Origin: an uncultured Gammaproteobacteria bacterium
GTDB lineage: Bacteria; Patescibacteriota; Microgenomatia; Woykebacterales; RBG-16-39-9b
Length of the DNA: 64,000 nucleotides
Assembly (NCBI GenBank): GCA_964360785.1
Contig: CAYHXX010000001.1
Location: 138,549 to 202,548 of the forward strand
Direction of reading: 5' to 3'
The position numbers and the translations under genes were made by a program. The notes beneath the pieces were generated by a model, which ran no database searches, was not told the DNA's origin, and saw only the letters and a list, made by a program, of their open reading frames with translations. Below are positions 1-9,420 of the stretch, in pieces; position 1 is the stretch's first letter; each line of letters begins with the position of its first letter.

Positions 1-470
1 GTTTCTCCAGAATGGTTTTCAAAACCCACCATTTTATCTTTCAAAAAATCAACTTCCATTACCAGGTTTCCCATCATGCGTGTGTTGCTCGCGCGGGTAG
101 CAATATCAAGTATTCCCAACCCCTCGGTCTCTTGGCCACTACTGTCGCGATAATAAAGCCCAAACAGTTGGTAGCCTCCACAAACACCCAGGAAAACCTT
201 ACTCTCTTGCGCCTCATTCTGAAGAAATTTCTTTTTCTCTTTTAGATCTTCACCAACAGTCGTTTGTGCAGTATCCTGGCCACCACCAAAAAAATAGAGG
301 TCAGTCCAATTTTCCTTAGGCTTATCCTTTAACCTAACCTCATCGATATTTACCTCAATGCCGCGCCACTCACAGCGTTTTTTGAGTGTAAGTATGTTAC
401 CCCGATCTCCATAGGTACTCATTTCTTTTGGATACAGCCACGTGATATTTAGATGCATTTTCTCGTTCAT
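1..470 (-). CDS. gatD: Lipid II isoglutaminyl synthase glutaminase subunit GatD (CobQ-like type 1 GATase), 3' end outside window
   Basis: Manual translation from ATG at 470: MNEKMHLNITWLYPKEMSTYGDRGNILTLKKRCEWRGI...FFGGGQD...LSICGGYQLFG; directly downstream of MurT. Confidence 0.9.
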   Translation of the reverse strand, partial: MNEKMHLNITWLYPKEMSTYGDRGNILTLKKRCEWRGIEVNIDEVRLKDKPKENWTDLYFFGGGQDTAQTTVGEDLKEKKKFLQNEAQESKVFLGVCGGYQLFGLYYRDSSGQETEGLGILDIATRASNTRMMGNLVMEVDFLKDKMVGFENHSGE

Positions 471-472
471 AG

Positions 473-1846
473 TTAGTCCTCCCAAAATTCCCCACCGATT
501 TTTTTCTTGGCAAATAGTTTTTTAATTTCTAGCAGGGCGGTATAGGTTGGTACGACAGTAAATGTTTCGGTTTCTTTTGTCTGCTTTAACCCAGTCTCAA
601 GCGCCTCAAATGTTGAATCAAAAGTTTGAAAATCCGCAATACCAGCATATTTTAGCCTCAATCCCATATCTGTTGCACGCAGTCCAGAAACTAACAAATT
701 GTTATTTTTTCCGGTTAAATCTTCAAAATTAACATCCCAAAGCCAGGAAACATCCCTACCATCCGCGATCTTATCGTTAATTGAGATCAGTATGGTTTGG
801 TTCCCCTCCTTCAAAAAGGTACGGATTATTTCGTTGAAACCAGTTGGATTTTTGGCTAGTGCTACCAAAATATGCTTATTATCGATCTTAAAGCGTTCCC
901 CCCGACCGAATACTGAACTAAATTCACTTATAACTTCTGGAAATTTGTCCAAGCCTAGATTTAATGACTCCAAAGTAGCGTAGGCAGCTAGAGAATTATA
1001 GATGTTGTAAATACCAGCAAGGTTTGACTTTAGAGTAATTGTTTTCTTTTCGGAACCTTTTAGTTCAAAATTAGTTACCTTTTCAAGGATCTCAATATTA
1101 TTAGCCTCGATATTTGGCTTAGGTCGACAAAAAGCGCACTTAGGACATGAGTAATCACCTTGGTGAGAGCTGTAAAAATGTTTATATTCAAGTTTTGTCT
1201 GACATTTAGGGCAAGTATCGCTATCCATCGCCTTGGGGGTTTCCAATAGTCTCACTGAAGGATCATTTATTCCAAAATAAATCACTTTACAGGAAGTGTT
1301 TTCACCAAGATGAGCGATTGCCGGGTCGTCTGCGTTTAGAACCAAAGTAGTCTCTGAATCGAGGCCGCCAAAAGCTTTCTCCCAGAGTCTCTTGATATTG
1401 TCTATTTCACCATAACGATCGAGCTGGTCTCGAAATAGATTGGTTAGGACGATTACACTTGGTTTTAATTTGGGGATAACATTGCTCAGCACTGCCTCAT
1501 CCACTTCGAACAAGGCTGTCTTATACTTTAAATTTCCAACCAGATTAACGTTTTGCAGTTGGGTACTTACCAAACCTCTTTCTAGGTTTGAGCCGTGCCG
1601 GTTGTGAATATATCCGATTCCTTCTTTTTCGAGTAGATTTCCAATTAAACGAGCTGTAGTAGTCTTACCGTTGGTTCCGGAAACCAAAATCGTCCTCTCC
1701 AGACCCTTTGAGAGCTTCAATAAAGCATTTTTGTCAAGATATAGGCTATAGAGGCCTGGTGCTGCAGTAGCCCCGCCCCCTTTGAGCTTAATTAGCTGTT
1801 TTGCTGATTTGCCGACTAGAATTGAAAATAAAAGCTGTGGATCCAC
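473..1846 (-). CDS. murT: Lipid II isoglutaminyl synthase subunit MurT (Mur ligase + DUF1727)
   Basis: GTNGKTTT P-loop, FEVDEA, NLFRDQLDRYGE, CxxC..CxxC zinc finger, KNPTG, DGRDVSWLWD, TYTAL. Confidence 0.92.
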   Translation of the reverse strand: MDPQLLFSILVGKSAKQLIKLKGGGATAAPGLYSLYLDKNALLKLSKGLERTILVSGTNGKTTTARLIGNLLEKEGIGYIHNRHGSNLERGLVSTQLQNVNLVGNLKYKTALFEVDEAVLSNVIPKLKPSVIVLTNLFRDQLDRYGEIDNIKRLWEKAFGGLDSETTLVLNADDPAIAHLGENTSCKVIYFGINDPSVRLLETPKAMDSDTCPKCQTKLEYKHFYSSHQGDYSCPKCAFCRPKPNIEANNIEILEKVTNFELKGSEKKTITLKSNLAGIYNIYNSLAAYATLESLNLGLDKFPEVISEFSSVFGRGERFKIDNKHILVALAKNPTGFNEIIRTFLKEGNQTILISINDKIADGRDVSWLWDVNFEDLTGKNNNLLVSGLRATDMGLRLKYAGIADFQTFDSTFEALETGLKQTKETETFTVVPTYTALLEIKKLFAKKKIGGEFWED

Positions 1847-1882
1847 TTTCTGATTTTATCATAAGTGGAGGTCACAACAAGT

Positions 1883-2428
1883 TTACTTGAAGTTGCTGAT
1901 TTCAAGTTGATATTTAGCTACACGCAACGTCCAAGTTGGGCTTGCAGCATACATCCTGCCGATTCTAGCTGGGGTAATTTCTCCAGTAGGAGCGTAGCGA
2001 GTACGCAAACCATTTGCAACTACTTCATTGGCATTTTCCCAGTTACCAAAACGGTAGTTCCCATTATTCCAACCATAAGGGTTGAATGAGAAAGCTGGAA
2101 TTTGTTTTCCGAGTTGGGACTCAAGCTTTGCAATAGCTGGAAGCAGTGTCCAATCAATATCATATTTGTCAGCTACCGCGACAAAGTTCTCGGCTTTTCC
2201 AACAAAAGGAGAAGAATTTGCAGCAAAGTAGCTCTCTAGCCTCTCAGCACGGTTATCTTTTGTTGCCACAACAGTAGCAACCATTACGTATTGAGGTTTA
2301 GAAGGTATGGAAATTTGCGGCTTTGTAACCGCTTCTGGAGAAGTGCTATTTTCAATTGTGGGACTGACTGCCATCACAAACAGAACGATGGCAACCAAAG
2401 CAGTGATCCGTTGAAGTGTTTTCAACAT
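1883..2428 (-). CDS. Secreted lysozyme-like / glucosaminidase-type protein
   Basis: Signal peptide MLKTLQRITALVAIVLF; ADKYDIDWTLLPAIAKLESQLG..NPYGW motif; start moved to ATG 2428 behind GGGGAG. Confidence 0.7.
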   Translation of the reverse strand: MLKTLQRITALVAIVLFVMAVSPTIENSTSPEAVTKPQISIPSKPQYVMVATVVATKDNRAERLESYFAANSSPFVGKAENFVAVADKYDIDWTLLPAIAKLESQLGKQIPAFSFNPYGWNNGNYRFGNWENANEVVANGLRTRYAPTGEITPARIGRMYAASPTWTLRVAKYQLEISNFK

Positions 2429-2603
2429 ATCTCTCCCCACACAAAGCCACGACAAGAGTAATAGACTTTTGTAGTGGTAGGTTGCAGGGGAGAAGGTGTG
2501 GACCCACCAGCTGGCGGATCACAAAAAAATTTGTCCCGATATTGGGGCAAATTACTACGTAATTATATCCTATATTTATCAAGAAGTCAATTATTGGGTC
2601 AAA

Positions 2604-3215
2604 TTACCTTGGTGTCATCTCATCCATGGCAAAGCTAACTCCAAAGGCCCAGGAACCATCAGGGCTGTCCGCGTAGCGTGTCATGATTGTTTCTGGCGTG
2701 TGCAATCCTCGATCGATATAATCAAACTTAAGTCCCTTGGCTACAGTTTCAATAGCTTGTGACCAGTCGCGAAACGCAGCTCCTGATTGCGCTCCGGTAT
2801 AAATTGCCCAACCCCAAGCATTGTGTGAGTTTCTGGGAATATTCTTTCCGAGAGTTGATTCTTGAAAAGCAATCGCAGGTAGGAGTCGATAATCAAGCCC
2901 ATATTTGTCAGCAGCAGAGACAAAAACTGTCCCCAACCCAGACATTGGTGAGCGGTGTTTGGCCAGGAAGTTGTCGACGATTACAGGTCGAGTATCTCCC
3001 TTCCCTACAGCTGCGAGAACTTGGGTGTTATTTGAATTTTGCGTGTAGTAGCTATCAATTGGGGAATTTACTAGATTTTTGCTTTCAGTAGTACCTGGTT
3101 GTTTTGAAATTCTAGTTTCGGCTGCACTGGCGTTTTTGAGGACGATGAAGACAAGCAATACAAAACCAACCAAAATAAAGATGAATGCAGAAACAAATAG
3201 CAGGCTTTTAGACAT
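2604..3215 (-). CDS. Membrane-anchored lysozyme-like / glucosaminidase-type protein (paralog of 1883-2428)
   Basis: N-terminal TM helix; ADKYGLDYRLLPAIAFQESTLG..NAWGW. Confidence 0.7.
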   Translation of the reverse strand: MSKSLLFVSAFIFILVGFVLLVFIVLKNASAAETRISKQPGTTESKNLVNSPIDSYYTQNSNNTQVLAAVGKGDTRPVIVDNFLAKHRSPMSGLGTVFVSAADKYGLDYRLLPAIAFQESTLGKNIPRNSHNAWGWAIYTGAQSGAAFRDWSQAIETVAKGLKFDYIDRGLHTPETIMTRYADSPDGSWAFGVSFAMDEMTPR

Positions 3216-3400
3216 TCGCCTTCTAATTTAGACTATGTGAAAAACTTTGTCAAAGGAGCTTTCGAGTTTCAAACAGGGTGTTTCTGACCTCACTAGCATC
3301 ACTAATTCTGCCAAAATTTGGTAATTAGCTCCTTATACAGTATAATGTGTGATTGAAAGGAGGTACAGGTAGATTTTATTAATAAATCTACATAATAAAT

Positions 3401-3598
3401 ATGAACGGAACAATTAAAACAAAGACAGAAAAAGGATTTGGGTTTATTTCTCGTGAAGGAGAATCAAAAGATCTTTTTTTCCACTCTAATGATTTAGTCG
3501 ATGTTTCTTTTGACGCACTTGAAGTTGGCGCGGCAGTTACATTTGATGTTGTTGATGGTCAAAAAGGTCCAAGTGCAAAGAATGTAAAACTTGCCTAA
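3401..3598 (+). CDS. cspA: Cold shock protein
   Basis: KGFGFI (RNP1), DLFFH (RNP2), KGPSAKNV; 65 aa. Confidence 0.93.
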   Translation: MNGTIKTKTEKGFGFISREGESKDLFFHSNDLVDVSFDALEVGAAVTFDVVDGQKGPSAKNVKLA

Positions 3599-3619
3599 CC
3601 TTAGTTGACAATACATTAC

Positions 3620-3650
3620 AAAAAGGCCTTGCTTCAAGCAAGGTTTTTTT
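3620..3650 (+). terminator. Rho-independent terminator after csp gene
   Basis: GGCCTTGCT-TCA-AGCAAGGTT hairpin plus T tract. Confidence 0.85.
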
Positions 3651-3915
3651 GTGCTCATTTACTTAAGAATTTTGGAAACTCTATTTAGCCTTTTGGTCTA
3701 GAAATGCTTTTTTAATTGCAAGTCTTTTGGCTGTTTTGTGTGAATGGGTTCTTCGACTTTTACCAACACCAGTTGCTCTTTTTGCCATAGACCGCATTAT
3801 ACACTAATCCGTAAATTTTCAATAAAAAAGGCGGCCATTTGTAAAAATGTACCGCCTGCCAAAGTTCTCTCTTGATTTCTCTGTCTAAGTAACCACGGTT
3901 TTGCACGTAAGATCC

Positions 3916-5343
3916 TCAAACTAGGATTGAACGAATGACATCTTCCGCAGAATACGAGCCGTCAGGGTTGATCAGCGGAAGGTCTCGGAAGCTCTGGTCC
4001 TTTCCAAGTGTGACGATTTTACCCACGTAAGGTAGCTCTGGACTTATCCCGTCCTTGGCCGTTGCTGACAACGCCTTACAGATACAAACCCTGCCTTCCG
4101 TGTCCTCAACTTTTCCACCTTTCTTGACGAAGACCTTGATCGGCTCCGCCGGACACCGAAACAGCTTACCACCACCCTTCATTTCGTGCGCTTCTACCAT
4201 GTAACCGTGGTCACATGTCCTTTCCATATTATCGAGGACCTTCCGATCGTATAATGTCCCAGGTAACTGCACCACCTGAAAAGGAAATCCTGATGGAGAG
4301 ACAGTCGGATTGGCCATCACAAGTATTGTTCCTGAAATGATCTGCTTTCGTATCTCTGTCTTGATATCGGGAAGCATTCCGGATTCGTTGCAAAGAGCAA
4401 AGGCAGATCCGACCTGCACACCGGTAGCTCCGAGCCTTAGTGCTTCAGCGTACTTTTCCGGAGTTCCATATCCGCCTGCTAGCCAGAACGGTTTTCCCAA
4501 AGCGCGAATCTTGTCCAGATCCGGTTCGTCCCGCTTTCCGTAGACCGGTTCTCCGTTTGCGTCGATCTCCTTCCCTCGCGCCGGCGCGTTGTGTCCTCCT
4601 GCCATCGGTCCCTCGACCACAAAGCCGTCGATTTCTCCCGACGCTCTCGTAGCAAGTGCCTTAGCCAGCGCATCGTGCGAGACGACTGCCAAGAACCTTG
4701 GACGAGTCAGTGGTTTTCGGTACGCTTCCGGAACAAACGTCTTTGGGTCAAATGGCAGTACGTAGTTGTCTCCTCCGGCAACGTCGAGTCTGTAGGAGGT
4801 TTCCTTCCACTCTGCAAGAGAGTCCAACACCCCTGGAACTTGGTTTGGTATCCCAGCGCCCATCAAGACGTAGTCGACACCGGCGAGCATCGCACCGAAA
4901 AACTCGGGTAGATGTGTCAGCTGAATTTTTTCGAGCCAATTGATCCCAATCGGTCTACTGTGACCCTGTTTTGCCAGCCAGACCTCCATGAAGTTAGCAA
5001 CCACGATCATTCGTATCAGAGCGGCCTTTTTCTTCTCAGTACCAGTGACGAGAATCTCCGGTTTGGAAGGTAGCTTGGAGTCAGGATTTAGCCAGTGCTC
5101 CTCAATTATTTCCTGGGCCATCCTGGGAACAGGAAAAGCTTCAAGAGCGGCTCTTGTATCAAGGTCTCCTCTGCGCAACCTGTTAACCATCGTAAGCGCA
5201 AGTCCTATTCCGGAAACCACACCTAGTACCCGCTTATCAAGCTTTTCTCCTGCGACTGCAACTGCGTGTGCCAGTTCCCAGTTCGATATTCCTACTCCCA
5301 TTCCACCCTGAATCAGTTCTGGGTTGGGGTAACCTGTGCTCAC
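3916..5343 (-). CDS. Nitronate monooxygenase / 2-nitropropane dioxygenase family FMN oxidoreductase
   Basis: IQGGMGVGIS, VLMGAGIP, VEGPMAGGHN, WLAGG, GVQVGSAF. Confidence 0.85.
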   Translation of the reverse strand: MSTGYPNPELIQGGMGVGISNWELAHAVAVAGEKLDKRVLGVVSGIGLALTMVNRLRRGDLDTRAALEAFPVPRMAQEIIEEHWLNPDSKLPSKPEILVTGTEKKKAALIRMIVVANFMEVWLAKQGHSRPIGINWLEKIQLTHLPEFFGAMLAGVDYVLMGAGIPNQVPGVLDSLAEWKETSYRLDVAGGDNYVLPFDPKTFVPEAYRKPLTRPRFLAVVSHDALAKALATRASGEIDGFVVEGPMAGGHNAPARGKEIDANGEPVYGKRDEPDLDKIRALGKPFWLAGGYGTPEKYAEALRLGATGVQVGSAFALCNESGMLPDIKTEIRKQIISGTILVMANPTVSPSGFPFQVVQLPGTLYDRKVLDNMERTCDHGYMVEAHEMKGGGKLFRCPAEPIKVFVKKGGKVEDTEGRVCICKALSATAKDGISPELPYVGKIVTLGKDQSFRDLPLINPDGSYSAEDVIRSILV

Positions 5344-5487
5344 CTTAACCTCCTTGAATTCCGTAGTAAATATTCTACACTATTTGAAACAGCAGATATA
5401 AACACGTGGGTAGAAGGGTATTAATTATTTTTGCTTAAAGTACATATTTAGTCCAACTAACGCCACAAATCTGATATATTTAAGTCA

Positions 5488-6231
5488 ATGGAATCAGTTT
5501 GGATTTTCTTAATCGCAGTTTTCGCCACCACAATAAGCTCAATGTCTGGTGGTGGTGCTTCAGTGATAGCACTACCTATCTTCTTAACACTTGGCATTTC
5601 ATTCCCCATGGCCACAGCCATGTTGCAATTAAACTCTAGTTTTTGGGTTCTACCTTCCGCTTACAACTTTGCTAAAGGGAGAAAGATCCAGTGGCCATTT
5701 TTGCTTTTCTTTGCGGCCGTAGGAACGATTGGTTCTTACTTTGGTGTACTGGCTGTGACAAGTGTTGATCAAAAAATATTGGCAAGGGTTGTTGGCTTAG
5801 CCATCATAATTCTCATTCTTTTTATTAACTTCAAAAAAGATATTGGAATAGAAGAGCATGTAGTACGTTCAAAGTTAAAGGAAAGACTGATCTATCTCTT
5901 TTCCCTACCAATGGGTTTCTATGAAGCTTTGTTTGGCTCTGGAAATGGTTTATTTTTCACTGTTATAGCATCCTATTTCAAAGGGTTTGATTTTATTGAT
6001 TCCCTAGCCCACTACTACACTATTTCTTTTCCATGGGCTCTCTTAGCTGCCTTGATCTTAATGTTTAAGGGTTACTTTAATTTAAGCTTAATGTTGCCCG
6101 CGGTCTTGGGAGCATTGGTTGGAGGGTTTGTTGGTTCGAAGTACGCTCGCCTAAAAGGTAACAGGTTTATTAAAATGGCCTTTACTGTTGTAGGGATCAT
6201 TCTTGGCTTAAAACTACTTCTAAATCTATAA
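5488..6231 (+). CDS. Sulfite exporter TauE/SafE family membrane protein
   Basis: SGGGASVIALP and GFYEALFGSGNG repeats, about 8 TM helices. Confidence 0.85.
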   Translation: MESVWIFLIAVFATTISSMSGGGASVIALPIFLTLGISFPMATAMLQLNSSFWVLPSAYNFAKGRKIQWPFLLFFAAVGTIGSYFGVLAVTSVDQKILARVVGLAIIILILFINFKKDIGIEEHVVRSKLKERLIYLFSLPMGFYEALFGSGNGLFFTVIASYFKGFDFIDSLAHYYTISFPWALLAALILMFKGYFNLSLMLPAVLGALVGGFVGSKYARLKGNRFIKMAFTVVGIILGLKLLLNL

Positions 6232-6234
6232 TAA

Positions 6235-6328
6235 TTCAAACCCTGTTTGGAGTAGATGGAAAATTGAGGCTAAAAGACATGGAGCACCAGAGCGGACATT
6301 AATAGAACTTTTCAATGTTGTCAAACAA
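6235..6328. repeat. Degenerate direct repeat copy 1 containing tRNA-3'-end-like sequence
   Basis: Aligns by eye to 7192-7286; reverse complement reads GTTC..TCCGCTCTGGTGCTCCA. Confidence 0.75.
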
Positions 6329-6431
6329 GCCCCCTATCCTTTACTAATTCTTAAAGAAACTAATTTCCTACTACAATTCTCTAAATAGTTTGCTATATCA
6401 GAGTATAATAATGGCATCGGACGTTTCGTAG

Positions 6432-7055
6432 TTGGCTGAAAAGCCAGAAAGTGAGAGAGCTGTGGGTACCACAGAGAGCTCAATGACCACCAGGCAGATG
6501 GCCCAACTGGTCACGTTGGCCGCAGAGGCGATCGCCTCGGCTGACCTGTCCAAGAGGACCGCCCAGAGAAAAATCGAGGATGCCGCTCAAACCAAGGAGG
6601 GGATCATCGACACTCTGGTTTTCGGAGATGGCCACTGGTCCCGTAGTCAAATGGAGGAAGCCGCCGAACGGTTGATCCGTGACCGCGGGTTCTACTTCCC
6701 CCTCGCGAGTCGTGAAGAACTTGAAAAGCTGGGGAGGTTGCAGCTTCGATACGTGGCCCGTGCAATCAGTCTATGGGGTTCTGTCCACTATTCGTGGCAG
6801 ATCTACCTTCTGAAAAATGGACGCCTTGCCGCGGACGTCACGAACATAACACGGAGTTATGGAGAAGCTTTGGCGGAGGCGGCAGAACTCGTCAAACTGG
6901 AGGTTGAGAGAGGAATGATCCATTACACCTCCGTGGTGTACGAGATGAAGACAGATGAGTTTGGCGAGCCGCTGGTAGAGGTTGGGTACCGAGTCAATTC
7001 ACACCCCTCCCCCTTTATGTGCTTCGTCATCCGCCGGATGCAACACAGAAATTAG
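6432..7055 (+). CDS. Hypothetical protein (GC-rich orphan cassette)
   Basis: 207-aa ORF, no recognisable motif, visibly more GC-rich than neighbours; start uncertain. Confidence 0.6.
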   Translation: MAEKPESERAVGTTESSMTTRQMAQLVTLAAEAIASADLSKRTAQRKIEDAAQTKEGIIDTLVFGDGHWSRSQMEEAAERLIRDRGFYFPLASREELEKLGRLQLRYVARAISLWGSVHYSWQIYLLKNGRLAADVTNITRSYGEALAEAAELVKLEVERGMIHYTSVVYEMKTDEFGEPLVEVGYRVNSHPSPFMCFVIRRMQHRN

Positions 7056-7107
7056 TTTGGGATTAAGGAGACCAGAGATCGGCAGTCGCTTCCTGCGACC
7101 GCCTTTC

Positions 7108-7180
7108 CCCAAGCAAACCAAGAGATTGGTTTTCTTAGGACAAGTAACTAGCTGAAAGGCTAGTTTTTTGTTGGTTAAAT
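7108..7180 (+). repeat. Conserved 3' two-hairpin/terminator element, copy 1
   Basis: CCCAAGCAAACCAA-GAGA-TTGGTTTTCTTAGG ACAA GT AACTAGC-TGAAAG-GCTAGTT TTTTGTTGGTTAAA; homologous to 8595-8666 and 37260-37333. Confidence 0.88.
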
Positions 7181-7191
7181 TAGTTTCAAAG

Positions 7192-7286
7192 TTCGAATCC
7201 CTGTCTGGAGAAAGTGGAAATTTGTGGCTAAAGCCTATGGAGCTCCAGAGCGGACACTACTAGAACTCTTAAGTGCTGTAAAGCAA
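7192..7286. repeat. Degenerate direct repeat copy 2 containing tRNA-3'-end-like sequence
   Basis: Aligns to 6235-6328; reverse complement GTTC..TCCGCTCTGGAGCTCCA. Confidence 0.75.
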
Positions 7287-7354
7287 ATACAATACCCAAA
7301 CTTAGTTTTAAATGAAAGTACTTATCTTCTGAACCTAATCTCAGTCCTATAGTA

Positions 7355-7383
7355 TTGACTTGCTGACCTATTTCTGCTATGAT
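7355..7383 (+). promoter_or_regulatory. Sigma70-like promoter for the alpha/beta hydrolase cassette
   Basis: TTGACT-17nt-TATGAT with TG extended -10. Confidence 0.65.
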
Positions 7384-7426
7384 TTAAGTATCAATCTGGC
7401 CAAAATAGCCTAGAAGGAGCGAGACC

Positions 7427-8164
7427 GTGCAGAGCCGAACCATCGTGGTCAACGGCACACGAATTCGGTGCCTTTTAGGAGGTAGTGAGTTCAACCCAGT
7501 AGTTGTCCTTTTGCACGGATGGGCGATGGCCTCGTCCGTCTACAAGCACTTAGGAGATCTACTGTCGGAAGGGCACTTTGTCATCATTCCTGACCTACCT
7601 GGTTTTGGAAGAAGTGACAAAGTATCGCCAGTACAGTTCGAGAAGTTTGCAGCGATTCTCGATGACCTGCTAGAACAATTGGGTCTTTCAAAAGTCTCTC
7701 TGGTCGCTCACTCAATGGGCGGTGCAGTAGCGATTAAGATGGCTCAGAAGTTCCCCAAGCGGGTCGAGAAGGTTATTCTGGTAGATAGTATGGGTGAGAT
7801 GGTTAACCGAGGCTTAATCGGTTGGGCAATTGCCGCCATCTACAAAACACTCCGCAGTCTATCAGTAGATCACCTTCGAGCTGTTACTAGGGTTGTTACC
7901 ATCTGTGCCTTGAACTGTTTGAAACGTCCCTTGTGGATGTGGCAGACGTTCAGGCTAACGATTGGAACAGACCTGGTAGCGGTACTCAAAACTGTCAAAA
8001 CCGAGACACACTTGGTATGGGCAGATAAAGATGAGTACTTCCCTTCCTGTCAGAGAATGGCTTCGGCAATCAACACCCAGCCGATTATCATTCCAAAAGC
8101 AGGACACGATTGGATAATTCTAGAGCCAGTTGCCGCAGCACAGATAATTAAGCAACTACTCTAG
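7427..8164 (+). CDS. Alpha/beta fold hydrolase
   Basis: LLHGW, PDLPGFGRS, AHSMGG nucleophile elbow, C-terminal GH. Confidence 0.9.
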   Translation: MQSRTIVVNGTRIRCLLGGSEFNPVVVLLHGWAMASSVYKHLGDLLSEGHFVIIPDLPGFGRSDKVSPVQFEKFAAILDDLLEQLGLSKVSLVAHSMGGAVAIKMAQKFPKRVEKVILVDSMGEMVNRGLIGWAIAAIYKTLRSLSVDHLRAVTRVVTICALNCLKRPLWMWQTFRLTIGTDLVAVLKTVKTETHLVWADKDEYFPSCQRMASAINTQPIIIPKAGHDWIILEPVAAAQIIKQLL

Positions 8165-8279
8165 CGTCTTCTATCTTATGGACTAGAAAACCATAAGGGA
8201 GTTCTTACGAAAAGAACTAAGTTTCCCAATCAAAAACCTCTAATGTCCAGCTGACCGTAAGGTCGAGGAGGAAACTGTA

Positions 8280-8504
8280 ATGACCGAAGCACTTATTCTT
8301 GCGGCTCTAAGCATCTCACCAGCTGGACCCGTGATCGGTACAGCGGAGTTCGTTAGCGGAATAGCCTGGATCATATTGTGGTTCTCAGCCGTCACTCTGG
8401 TAACTTCTGGTCGGGGTGATAAAGGGTGGATATCCTTCCAATCTGGGTGGGTAGCGATGCTAGTCTTTTTGGTCCTTGCGATCGTTCAGGTTGCCCAAAG
8501 TTAG
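8280..8504 (+). CDS. Small membrane protein
   Basis: GAGGAGG RBS; 74 aa, hydrophobic segments. Confidence 0.55.
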   Translation: MTEALILAALSISPAGPVIGTAEFVSGIAWIILWFSAVTLVTSGRGDKGWISFQSGWVAMLVFLVLAIVQVAQS

Positions 8505-8594
8505 CCGAACCTAAAATCGAAGAATGAAGCAAGTTGAGTAGGGGTAATTCTGTGGCCACTCCTTAAGATCAAAGCAATTTGATCAAGGCCATTT

Positions 8595-8666
8595 CCCCGA
8601 ATTAATCTAAGTTAGGTTAATTTAGGACAACAAACTAGCTGAAAGGCTAGTTTTTTGTTGGTTAAA
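8595..8666 (+). repeat. Conserved 3' two-hairpin/terminator element, copy 2
   Basis: CCCCGAATTAATCT-AAGTT-AGGTTAATTTAGG ACAA CA AACTAGCTGAAAGGCTAGTTTTTTGTTGGTTAAA. Confidence 0.85.
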
Positions 8667-8691
8667 ATTGATTATTTTGAAGCTAAAACCG

Positions 8692-8766
8692 TGGAGCGCG
8701 AGAAGGGGTTCGAACCCTCGACCTCTTCCTTGGCAAGGAAGCGTTCTACCGCTGAACTACTCGCGC
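8692..8766 (-). tRNA. tRNA-Gly(GCC)
   Basis: GCGCGAG...CTTCC-TTGCCAA-GGAAG...GGTTCGAACCC...CTCGCGC-TCCA cloverleaf. Confidence 0.95.
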
Positions 8767-8771
8767 TAGCG

Positions 8772-8844
8772 AGATCTATTAAATTGAGCTGAACATTAGC
8801 TCCGATCAGATCGGAGCGCAGAGCGCGAAGCGATCAACTCGCGC
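8772..8844 (-). pseudogene. Ghost 5' half of tRNA-Gly with palindromic insertion
   Basis: GCGCGAGT[~46 nt incl. GCTCCGATCTGATCGGAGC hairpin]AGCTCAATT..AGA directly upstream of the intact gene. Confidence 0.65.
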
Positions 8845-8938
8845 GTAAGTGGTGGCAAATATACCCCAAATAGCCTTGATAGTCAACTTCTAGTAAGGAT
8901 CGCTTGCATTTTTAATTTTAAAGGAGTAATTTGTAGCC

Positions 8939-9418
8939 ATGAGCCTTATTAAAGCCTTATATATCGTTGCAATCGGACTTTTGCTTGCTGCTTTTATTGG
9001 CTTTGGTATTGAAACCTTTTACCCCACCCCCAAAGCACCCGAGTATCCAACTGGTATGGACTATAAAGCAGATGGTGGACCAACTGCTGAAACCAAGGCA
9101 AAACAAGAAGAGTTTGACCAAAAGCAAAAAGATTACGAACCTAGAATCAGCAAGTACAACCAAAATGTTGCTGTAATTGCGATTATTTTGGCAGTATTGC
9201 TACTAACGGCCTCGCTTTTAGGATTGGGTAAAGTCGAAGTAGTGGGTGACGCTGTAACACTTGGAGGTGTCTTTACACTTTTTTACGGGATCATCAGAGC
9301 GATCTCCTCGCAAGAAAATGTTTTTCGTTTTGTGGCCGTGGGAATAGCACTGGTAATAGTAGTCGGTCTCAGCTATTGGCGTTTTTTGAAAGGTTCCAAA
9401 CTACTTAAAATTAAGTAG
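8939..9418 (+). CDS. Conserved-type 4-TM membrane protein
   Basis: AAGGAG RBS; TM, soluble loop (FYPTPKAPEYP), three further TM. Confidence 0.7.
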   Translation: MSLIKALYIVAIGLLLAAFIGFGIETFYPTPKAPEYPTGMDYKADGGPTAETKAKQEEFDQKQKDYEPRISKYNQNVAVIAIILAVLLLTASLLGLGKVEVVGDAVTLGGVFTLFYGIIRAISSQENVFRFVAVGIALVIVVGLSYWRFLKGSKLLKIK

Positions 9419-9420
9419 AG

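Noticed and set aside
6235-8700. CRISPR array or classical integron
   Set aside because: Repeats are long, degenerate and separated by genes; no cas or intI gene and no clear RYYYAAC/GTTRRRY attC boxes were seen.
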